Shown here: positions 28,696 through 38,943 of the stretch, piece after piece
Layout: each line of letters opens with the position of its first letter
How positions within the stretch are numbered: position 1 is the first letter of the stretch
DNA from: Isurus oxyrinchus
Taxonomy: Eukaryota
DNA: 64,000 nt
Reading direction: 5' to 3'
Assembly: GCA_026770705.1 (NCBI GenBank)
Contig: JANJGN010000140.1
Coordinates: 1,178,001 to 1,242,000, forward strand
Translations under genes and position numbers: made by a program
The notes under the pieces: model-generated
The model's input: the letters and a program-made list of their open reading frames with translations, nothing else
Told to the model about the DNA's origin: nothing
Databases searched by the model: none

Positions 28696-29047
28696 ATGAA
28701 TAGAAACGCCCACAAAGACCTTTTTCTAATTGCAGCCCTGATGCTAATAACATTTTGTGAGTTTACTTTTCTAATCAGATGCCCCACTTGTCAATCCTAT
28801 ATCCTCTTTCACTGGAGCAATGTTACTTTGCTCGCAGCCTTTAGTGTGAGGAGTGGAGTTCAGAACACGTGGTGACTCTAGAAGGATAATGTGTTGAACT
28901 GGACTGCCGGCTCTCCATTGATATTGGAAGCAGCTTAGCCTGGTACAGGCAGACACTCACAGGGGCTCCGACATTCATCAGCTACATATATCAGGGGACC
29001 GAGGCTATAGGACGCTACACACTGTCCTTGGTCTAAGTAAAGAAAAC
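28696..29047 (+). pseudogene. TCR alpha/delta-type V pseudogene, 3'-truncated by CR1 sequence (leader 28696-28756, V exon from 28838)
   Basis: Leader MNRNAHKDLFLIAALMLITF|GTGAGT; LEG*CVELDCRLSIDIGSSLAWYRQTLTGAPTFISYIYQG..GRYTL; no YYC or RSS. Confidence 0.85.
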
Positions 29048-29049
29048 AT

Positions 29050-29900
29050 CTATATAGATGGCACAGCCACCCGGGGGTTGGCAATATATAAAAGGTAGAG
29101 AGGAGGAAAGAGTTTCTAGAATGTGTTCAGGGCAATTTTCGAGTCGGTCTATCTCCGCTTCCATGAGGAAGATGGCGTTGCTGAACCTGCTTCTTGGAAA
29201 TAAGGTGGGTCAACTGGATTAAGTCAGTGTTGGGGGGGGGGGGGTGTTGTATTTCGGGGACAATGATAATATAATCGTTCAAATTATGTTAGTTCTGGAA
29301 AAGGGCAATGAGAAATCTAGTGTAAACACCATTAATTTCGGGAAGGCAATATCAATGGAATGTGAAGAATCTGGTGCCAGTAAATTAGAATCAAACTTTG
29401 GAAGGGGAAACTGTAATGAAACAATTGGCTGTCTTTAAAAAGAAGGTACTTTAGGTTCTATCACGGTGCATTCCCCTGAAGGATAATGGTAAGACTAACA
29501 TATCCAGATCCCGTTGGATGACGAAGAAAACAAAAAGTCAGATGAATCAGAAAAGAGGTGCTCATGAAAAATGCCACATTAATGATAGAAGGGACAACCA
29601 GTCTGGATACATAAATTTCAGGGGGAAATGACAACAAGAAACAGGAACAGCAAGCATTAAGTCTGAGAATAGACTGGCAGCTCACAAAAAATGGAATCGA
29701 AAGGTTATCTTTAGGCATTGGAAATGGATAGTAAAAATAGATGGTCAATTCGGATAAAAATAGAAGGATTTATGCATGGAGGCAGAGGGCTGAGGGACTG
29801 AGCGAATAGTTTGTATCGTCCTTTGCCAAATACGAAGATGCTCTTAAAGTGATAGAGAAGGAGGAGGTAGTAGTAATACTAGATGGATTAACATAAGAAC
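29050..29900 (+). mobile_element. Decayed CR1 ORF2 fragment
   Basis: Residual similarity to the CR1 endonuclease and linker region at about 61350-62200. Confidence 0.55.
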
Positions 29901-30292
29901 CTATTTATTTTATGGGTTCTTACTTTTAAGATTCGTAAATTGCTTTAAAGTTAAAGTTCTCTCCTAGTGGTCTTTGTTTACGCTATAGACTAATATTTCA
30001 AATCAAACATTATTTATTCCTTTGCCTTCGGTTCTTCCATAACAGCGGTACAGGGGCATATCTGGTTCCAGGTGGCGAGCTTCCAGGAATCCCCAAACAA
30101 ACAACAGCCAATTCTGACTTCACAAAATTAACACACTAACTAGACGGAATCAGTATTCAATATGAGTGATTTTAAATGGTGTTTATGTAGATTGTGCTCG
30201 GGGTATGCGTGCACCGGAATGGATTCACGTGTCAATGTCTGACCCGCTGTTATAAGCAGCCCTCAGCAAACAGCAGCTGTGACCCAGAAAGC

Positions 30293-31386
30293 TGCAGCAG
30301 TCCGAGGACTTCGCTCAGTTCCATCACTGTGCAACTCTGTGCACAGTAATAGACTGCGGTGTCAGGCAGCCGCAGCTCCGATATGGCTAATCGGTACAAT
30401 TTGTCTGACTGGTGGACTGTATCAAAAAACCGGCTCTGAATGAAATCCGCTTTCAATTCAGAACTACCGCCCTTGTGCCTCCGGACTGCTGGGTCCTGCT
30501 GGTACCGGAATAACTAATCAGCATCGTCAGTATAGGTGAAGGTGAAAGTGACATCTTTGCCCTCTGCCTGAGTGACCGAGGATTCCCTCTGAGTAACAGA
30601 ATCTCCATCGCTTATATCTGGAAGACACGGTTAAAGAAAGCGGAAACCATCAGTTAAAAGTTCAACTGAACAGAACTGACTGTGAAAATTCACAGTAAGT
30701 GTGACATAAAATTATTTACAATTTATAGTTCAAAAGCTCATTCTGCCCAACTGCCCTATGTCGTTGTTTACAATCACCATGAGCACCCTCCCTCCCTCTT
30801 CATCTCATTACATCAGCAATTCTCTCCGTCATTTCTTCCACCATCTGTTTATCCAGCTTCCCCTTAATGTATTTGTGTATTTTGCTCATCTGCTCCTTGT
30901 GGCAGTGAGTTCCATATTCTAAAGAAGAAAGAAGTTTCTCCTGGAGTCCCATTTGGATCTTTTTTGTGACTCTTATTTATGACCCATAATTTTGGAATCC
31001 TCCTCAAGTGAATACATGTTCCGCTTATCTCCCCAATGAACCATTTAGTCATGTTAAAGAGCTCTATCCGGTTACCAATCAGTCTTCCCTTTAGTAGAGG
31101 AATGAGCCCCAGTCTGTGCAATGTTATCTCTCAATTCTGACATCGTCATTATGATTAATTTTTACGTTGCGTTTTGTCTCTTTATTATTCTTACAAGAAA
31201 GATACCAAATCTGCCCACAATAACTCATGTGCTTTCTAACGCAGGCCCGGCACTTGATTAACATGAATTCCTGTTCTTTTTCTTCAAATTAATCCCTCCA
31301 GAAACTGAAGCCTTATTAAAAAATATTTTAAATTTCTTGCCGACAGCGGATGTCACCCAGATCACAGCGAGAACGGAGATTCGCAT
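30293..31386 (-). pseudogene. TCR delta/alpha-type V pseudogene (leader 31341-31386, V exon 30332-30617)
   Basis: Leader MRISVLAVIWVTSAV-G with a GC donor; DSVTQRESSVTQAEGKDVTFTFTYTDDAD*LFRYQQ..KADFIQSRF..LAISELRLPDTAVYYCAQS (first Cys and Trp lost, in-frame stop); CACAGTG at 30325-30331, nonamer decayed; CR1 piece in the intron. Confidence 0.9.
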
Positions 31387-31534
31387 TTCAGTTGTTCCGG
31401 GGTTCATGGGACTCTTTGTGTGTCATAAACCCGCAGAATATCAAACAAGAAAAAGTTGAGAGCACTGGCTACTGCTGGTCTGATGTCGCACCCTGCAGAA
31501 CATGCCATAGGAAGAGCTGAGATCACTGGACCTG

Positions 31535-31551
31535 ATTGGTCTGATGTCACT
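31535..31551 (-). promoter_or_regulatory. TCR V-promoter CRE-like decamer AGTGACATCA plus CCAAT box
   Basis: Minus strand reads GGAAGTGACATCAGACCAATCAG, about 150 bp upstream of the leader ATG at 31386; matches the decamer described for TCR V-beta promoters. Confidence 0.65.
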
Positions 31552-31772
31552 TCCGTAACCACAAATCTGTTGTTTTCAGCGAACTGAGACATTGACGACG
31601 CATTCTGCTGATCAGAGAGGCAGGCCAGTAAATATAGACAGTTTGATCTCTTATTGATCTGAGAGATTGTTTGATATCTAATTGACAATCGTCTCAAAAA
31701 CTGCACGTGTTGAATGTGGATGAAGATTTTCACGACCCCGTCCAACGAAATAATATAATTATTTTCCCCCAG

Positions 31773-32131
31773 TAAAAATCCATTCCCCGTGCGCCTGTTT
31801 TAACCAAGATGCCTTTCCCAAAAATTACGTCTGAAGGGGGAAGTCATTTCACACCTAGTAGTATCTTGAAGACAAACGATTCTCGCCCTTTCGTGAACTG
31901 GTACAGCCAGGAACAAGGCCAGTCTCCACAATACATAATTCATCTTATCTTATGGGGGAATGTAAACATGAACCTGCGCGTCATTCACTGATCTATTCCG
32001 TTCTATGTTAACGAAATTACCAATATACTGAGTTAAAGATCAGCCACACTCTGATCTCTCACACTCTCCTGGATTTCCATGCCATGGTGCCCAAATTGAT
32101 GGAGCGATATCACGTATCCTGGATAGAGACC
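31773..32131 (+). pseudogene. Highly decayed TCR V pseudogene (same family as 37.2 and 54.6 kb)
   Basis: ILKTNDSRPFVNWYSQEQGQSPQYIIHL..TELKISHTLIS; RSS remnant CAAATTG-24-ATAGAGACC at 32092-32131. Confidence 0.8.
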
Positions 32132-33054
32132 CACGCTGAGAGGGCCAGTTGGCGCTCACCAGAGGGCGCTCTCACACCAATATATGGAAACAGTAATACA
32201 GCCTCCACTGGGATTCACATGGATTTTCTTAATATTGCAACGAAGCAGAGCACCCAATAACAAGAAGTGAGGCCCACTCATGAAATTATATTAGATTATA
32301 ATTTAAATTGCGTTTACAATCGGCCAAATCTAGTCATAACAAAGTTTAAATGGCAGCAGTTATATTAAAATCTCAGAGCGTATTGAAAAGACAAGAATCA
32401 TGAAGTATATCTACATTGCCTATACCTGACACTTGAATTAACAATGAAAATCTACAACGCAGTGACATTGGACCATGAAATAAAATGATTTATAGGCCTC
32501 CATCTTTAAGTCTCTTGTGTAATTCACCTATCAATCCTTGCCCTATATACAGTATTGTTGGCAGTAACGTGTCACAGCGCCAAAATATTTCCTGTAATCC
32601 CCAGCTGTCACCTGTCAGAGCGGTGAACTGACGGTTTAAGTTTTCTCCAAAGGCAAGGTCCTGGAGCGCCATCCAGTGGAATATTGTCTGTAAAACAACG
32701 ACGCTCAATTTATTCTCGAATATTGCTGCAAGATACTGCCGCATGATTATTCTGCCACATTGTTGTGGTTCTCATAGCTTTAGTTTTACTATTACTGTAA
32801 CTTTTATCTGTTCATTGTTTTGCTTATGATACCTTTACTATTTAATATTCATTCCTAGATTATTTGCCTCAGCTTTCTGAGGTGCCCACGTCATTATGGC
32901 AGTACCTGTTCATTTCCATAAATAGATGAGACTCTTGTTCATAAATTCATTAATACGCAACTGATGAGGTTGTGATTGTTCATATCGGAAGAATGTAAGG
33001 CTTGCGAGCACCCTAATCATCAAAGGACTATGTCAATCAAATCAAATATATACA

Positions 33055-33390
33055 AACATAGGAAATAGGAGCTTTAGTAGGCCTGTCGGCCCTTCGAGCT
33101 TGCTCCTCCATTCAATAAGGTCATGTCTGATCTGACTGCAACCTCCCACCTACCCCCGGTTATCTTCCACTTACTTGCTTATCAAAAATTGATCTCCCTC
33201 TGCCTTGAAAACATTCAAGGACCCTGCTTGCCCTGCCCTTTGAGGAAGGGATTTCCAAAGACCCCCGACTTTCCGAGACAAAACATTCTTATCATCTCTG
33301 TTTTAAATAGGAGACCGCTTATTTTTGTACAATGTCCCCTAGTTCTAGATTCGCCTACAAGAGGAAAGATCCTTTCCATGTTTGATTGAT
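33055..33390 (-). mobile_element. CR1 3' fragment
   Basis: IFPLVGESRTRGH motif and CR1 3' UTR. Confidence 0.8.
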
Positions 33391-34262
33391 TTTTGCACAG
33401 ATGATTAATCTGCATGTTATTATGTTATTATAAATAATAAAGATATTTTCATTCCGTTAAATTATTCGGATGATGAACTGCTTTTTTTTGTAGAATTGAC
33501 TGGTAGCAATCTCGCTTCTAAAGCCCATGTCCAGATTGCCTCCCCAGTCCCCATGTCGAATGAGTTCTACTACAGCCTCCTGACGTCCTTGCCTCCCCGT
33601 GTTTCACCGTACTGCACTACTGCATCTGGGAACTGAACCAAGTGAACGATGAGAGTGGTAGAGACTTGCTCACAGTGCACAGATACTCTAAATCATCCCT
33701 CAACTCTTTCATCACTGAATATGGGACGGGATGCTCAGGAGCTCGATTTCAGAAATGCTGGCTCAAGAATATAAGTTCATTTGCAGCAAAAATGGAGTTA
33801 TGGTGAAGCGAAATGATTCTCCTTGCGTTCCCGATAAACTAATACCTGATTCTTTCCCCAGTGACAAGGAGTAGCTTCCAAAACAAGAATGAAATTAACA
33901 GAATGATATATAAAAGGAAAATTAAATCAAGTGTTTGTGGAAATAGGTACAATAAACTGATCAATCCACCCCTCCACCAATTCACCCTGGGTCCACTTGA
34001 GTTAACGATTTTGTAAGAACAGCCCATAATTATCAGCTACAGGGACTCCACTTCTGAGAGATTTCTTTTCCTCTGTTGGCAAATCGATGTCCCGGTTCGG
34101 CTCGCAGATATTTACCCTATAAATGGCGGTATGGAGATAATTTTGCATATTTCCCAAAACTGCTCTTTTGTGGATTTGGACAAGGACAAATAGAGCAATA
34201 AAACTGCGGTACATAGACCTGCCTGTTTTACATCTCTGGAACCACGGAGCAAAAACCGATGA

Positions 34263-34301
34263 GGTTTTTGTACGGGATTCTCGCTGCGATCTGACGCTGT
34301 G
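34263..34301 (-). promoter_or_regulatory. 23-RSS (CACAGCG-23-ACAAAAACC)
   Basis: Heptamer 34295-34301, spacer 34272-34294, nonamer 34263-34271. Confidence 0.95.
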
Positions 34302-34830
34302 CCTCACTGCACAGTAATACAGCGCCCCGTCCTCCACACTCAGTTCGCTTATATTGAGGTAACCGTTCTTTTGAGACATGTCAGCAGCCGCCAGATATCG
34401 TCCTGAAATTACATCTTCCTTCAGTGCTAAGATATTGGTGATAATCCATTTTGGTGGCCGTGCCGTTTGCTGCCGGTACCATTGCATGGAATAGATATTC
34501 TTTTCTGCATATTCACAGTCTAACTGCACCAAATCGCCCTCTGAAACCGTTATTGCAGCTGGAGCCTGAGTGACTGGATCTCCGCATATTCCGCCTGTGA
34601 GGTAGAGGAATGAAATATCAAGCAGTTAAACCGTGTTGATCAATATTTGTTTGTAGCTATGTAAGTTTGTAGAACCTCCTATTTACCCAGCTCTCGATCG
34701 TCTGGATATTTCAGATCGTTAATTGTATTAATTACCAACGCAATGTCTCTACATTAATCTACTGATCTGCCGTGATGTACTTAATCCAGTACTTACTATC
34801 CAGCAGCGCCGCCAGTATTATCAGAAACAT
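34302..34830 (-). CDS. Intact TCR alpha/delta V gene segment (leader exon 34797-34830, V exon 34302-34594)
   Basis: MFLIILAALLD|SGICGDPVTQAPAAITVSEGDLVQLDCEYAEKNIYSMQWYRQQTARPPKWII..GYLNISELSVEDGALYYCAVR; GTAAGT/cacag splice sites in phase; canonical Cys-Trp-Cys. Confidence 0.95.
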
Positions 34831-35021
34831 GACTGACTGAATCTCTGTCAGTGAATATGAATGGAATGAGCCAGAGATTGAGAAGGAGAGAGGGAACCCG
34901 GGCTCTGTTCAGCTTATTGTTCCACCCACACACTGCAGTGAGGCCCATTGTGACCTCACTCAGGGAATCATCCCTTTTGGCGTTTCCAACACGTGACTTA
35001 GTGACGCCCATGCTTGAACTT

Positions 35022-35036
35022 GGCGCCCTCCGCTGG
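35022..35036 (-). promoter_or_regulatory. CTCF-like motif upstream of the V promoter
   Basis: CCAGCGGAGGGCGCC, about 190 bp 5' of the ATG at 34830; conserved in the paralog at 38717. Confidence 0.65.
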
Positions 35037-37129
35037 GGAATCCGGTTCAATCCCTCTTCGGATGCTGCCATTCAGTTTTTGAAATGCTTATCAAGACACA
35101 AAGGTGCCCCCAAAGCCTAAAGTGGAGCTGTTTAGACACAGTCTTCGTTGCTGCTGATGTTTATGTCAGAGAGTATTTATAAATCTTTAGAAATCATCCC
35201 TGGATTCTCTGTCCAAATCCTGGGTGCGACGAAGTAGAAGTAATGCAAAGATTTTGGAGAAAGTGCGGACGCTGTACACCAGAATGGCACCAGAGATGAG
35301 GAACGTTTGCGGGAATAGTCTAGAGAAACTTGGATTCTTGCCCTCGTAACAAAGAAGGTAAAAGAGATGTGCTAAAAAATTGTGCCCATTTGACAGATTA
35401 GGTCGCAGTTGCTTCCATTATCAGAAAATTCAATAACCAAATCATTTCGATTTCATGAAAACAACAGAGGGACAAAGATCTGTTTTGTTTATTACATTGT
35501 ACGTGTTAACATCTGGAATAGGTGCCTAAAATAACGGGGGAAGAGGATCCAGTCATAAATTTCAATATGGAATTGTTATAACTTGAGAAAGGAAAACAGC
35601 GTGGAAAATGCGCGGTGTGAAAGGCGATTGTGATGGGTCTTTTAAATAGACACAGATACGGTAAGCGGAGTCCTCATTCCGTTCCGTATCTTTTTACAAT
35701 TCTGGTCCCTTCCTGCCCTCCCTTACTAGTTTTTCTCAGCCATTTGATGTGTGAACAGGTGCAGGATGCTCGGAGACGTCTGGAGTTTTAACCGTCGCTA
35801 TTTCTGCTCCATCAGTTCCGGCTGCAGCTGGTCACCGCCGTGCACTTTTATCAGTTTTCAAGCTGCAGCATCGCCGGCCACAGCTTCCGTTTGTTCCTCT
35901 GCTCTGTCCCGGTTTTGTTCTTGGAGGTATTTCTTCCGTTGGTCTATTCTTGCCATTGGGTAGCTCAGCTGTACAGTGAACCAGGGACCTGAATTGAAAC
36001 AGAGATGAGGCGATTTTTTTCACTCAGGGGATCGAGAGCCTTTGGAACTCTTTTCCTGAAAAGGCGATGGAAGCAGAGTCCTTGAATATTTTAAGAAAGA
36101 TGTGGATAGATTCTTGGTAAGAGAGGTGGTGATAGGACAGCGGGGGTAGGTGGGGTGAACATTTCAAGTTGCTAAATAGCGAAGCAGGCTCGAGGGACTG
36201 AATGGCCTACTGCTGCTCCTCGTTCGTACGCTTGTACTCGAAGGGGAATAAAGTTTTACTCGGAAGGAAATACTTAGTGAGATCTGATATAATAGGAAGG
36301 AGCTGTACAGTATGGTTCCACATGATGATTCTTCTTTCTGTAGCTCTGCAGCCCTGGAAATTCTCTGTCAGAGCAGAAATACCGAGCCCCGCTCGGCTGA
36401 ACCGCTGATCTAAACAATGCCAAACAGAGAACAGCGGCACCAATCTGTCCAATCACACAGGGCAGGCAAGGCGGATCAGAGAGAAGGCAGCAAAGTAAGC
36501 TGTGGGCGGGGCTGGAGCAGGAAGTGTTGTCACACGTCGAATCCATTTGTAAGGAGCTTAATTCAATATTTATCTCCCCTTCTAAAATAATATAACTCTG
36601 CCTCTCGATAACAGCTGCTGTAATTTCATATTTATTCCAAATTGGGGGAGAACAGAGTGAATACAGGCGTGTCAGGATTGGTAAATAAGTAAATAATAAA
36701 TTAAGTTTTCATTGGCTAAATCGGTTAAAACTGAGGCAGACCCTATGGCCGGCTGAGTTAGCATAGTTTTGAGTTAATGTTCAAAGAAGTATCAAAGGTT
36801 TGAAATCTTTAAACCAAAGACCAAAGAAGGAGATGTCTGAAAATATGGGTAACGCGTGGAGAGACGGCGTGAGAATGACCAAGTCGGCAGGAAAGGCATC
36901 GAAAGAGAAAGAAGTGACGTAAGGCACCACAAATTGGTCCGTAATTTTAATGTTATCAGATATGTAAGTTGAAATCGCAAATGAATATTACTGCAGAAAT
37001 TGTCAGTTTCTATTATTGCAGAAGGCTGTAGACGTTTGCAATTTTTCTCACTGCGGAGGCGGGATTATTGCTTCTGTTTATCGGTTTGAGAGAACCCTCT
37101 GTTGAACACTAACGGGAACTCTCAGTCAG

Positions 37130-37674
37130 GGTTTTTGTGTGGGATCCGCTATATCTCTGCAGCAGTGTGGGGTCCAAGGCACAGAAATATTGCGCGCTGT
37201 CAGAGATCAGGATGTTACCGATCATGAGTTCGGTAATCTTGGTAGTTTTATTGAACAATGTTGAAAACTAATCACTGATATCCTTATGTCTGAATGGCTT
37301 CCCTCCCAGAATATGAAGCATGTACTGTGGAGCTGCTCGTGGCACTGACTGTGCCAGTACACGTAAGGGTTATCAGTACGTGTTTTCAATATGCAATCCA
37401 CTGTGATATTACTTTTCTCGTCAAAAATTATTGCAGCAACCAGCTGTTCCACTTTGTCTTGGTGGCTCCATTCTAACATAAAACAATAGCAATAACAACA
37501 ATCAGTATCAGCCTCACATTGATCAACAGAATCATCATCATCGCCATCACTATTGCTTTGTTAACAACAATATCTGTGTCATAGTAATTAGAGGAAAATG
37601 GATTATTCACTGGGAATGAAATATTTACTTGGAAGTGACATAATGATGAGGAAAAAAGCAAAACAGTTCCCCAT
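37130..37674 (-). pseudogene. TCR V pseudogene (leader 37629-37674, V exon 37170-37472) with CACACTG-24-ACAAAAACC RSS
   Basis: MGNCFAFFLIIMSLP|..DKVEQLVAAIIFDEKSNITVDCILKTRTDNPYVYWHSQ[frameshift]PQYMLHIL..D*FSTLFNKTTKITELMIGNILISDSAQYFCALD; RSS 37130-37169. Confidence 0.92.
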
Positions 37675-38716
37675 GACACTTCCTACGTCTTTAACCCTGC
37701 AGTGCGAGAAAGAGCAGAAATACAGATCCCCGTCCCACTGCACTGCTGATCCAACCAATGACAGGAATGGAACAGCGGCAGCAATCTCTCCAAACACACA
37801 ATCGAGTCAGAGCGAGAGCAGCAAATGGAAGCTGTGGGCGAGTATACCGTAGACTCAATGTTGAGTGAAGTGTGCGGTGACTCTCAGCTGCACTCGGAAA
37901 TGATGGAGGGGAAATAGTGACGGTTGAACATTCAATGTGAATGACTAGCCCGCACCTGCTGACTGTTCAAGTGTCTGACAACAAATAGAGTGGGAGGGAC
38001 ATGAAGGAACAAGAATAATCGAATATTAGAGCAAAGAATTGAGGCTATTTGGCCTATCATGTCTATGCCTCATTGGAAGAGTTATCAATTCATCTTTCAA
38101 CCCCATATTTTCTACGAAGGCCGGCAGTTTTTTCTTCTTTTAAGTTGCGTATAATTTTCTTCTAAGTTACATATAATTTTCTTCTGAAAGTTTCTAATGA
38201 ATATTCTGTCATCCTTTTAGACAGTACAATCCATATTTGAACACATGGCTGTGTAATAAGTGAATATAACCTTTCCCTGTCTCTTTTCTCTTAAACTTGG
38301 CTACTTGGATTATCAAATTTTCTGCCAGTGGAAACAACAGTACACGATCTAGTTCATCAAACCTCTTATAATTTTGAGCACTTCAATTAACTACCTCCTT
38401 TAATTCTTTTACATAAGAAAAGTATTACCAATTTCCTTCGTCCATTCACATTGGAGGCCGTCATCCCAGGTACTATTCTGGTCTATTATCTCCAATATCT
38501 TGACATTCTATGTGGTTCCCTGATCCCTAAACAGCGAGTTATAAACTTTCAATATTATTTAAATACTACATAAACATCAATGGAAAAAAAAGATTGATTC
38601 TGATCAGCTCCAATTTAGACTTCTGGGGGAAAAAATAACATTCGTGTTTTGATATGTAAACCGATAAACACAAAATCTAATCAATGGCCCCCTTAACCGG
38701 ATAAAAACAGATTCCA

Positions 38717-38731
38717 CCAGCAGAGGGCGCC
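38717..38731 (+). promoter_or_regulatory. CTCF-like motif upstream of the orphaned V promoter
   Basis: CCAGCAGAGGGCGCC, 200 bp 5' of the ATG at 38931. Confidence 0.7.
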
Positions 38732-38943
38732 AAGTCGAGGTATGCTAATTAGAAAGTCACGTGTGGCCAACGTCAAAGCCAATTGATTGGTTGCCTGAGT
38801 GAGATCACAACGGGCCTAGCCCCCTGCCGATCGTGGGTGGAACAATGAGCTGAACAAAGCCCGATTCCCTCTCTCCTTTTCAATCTCTGGCTCATTCCAT
38901 TCATATTCACTGAGAGAGATTCAGTCAGACATGTTTCTCATTA

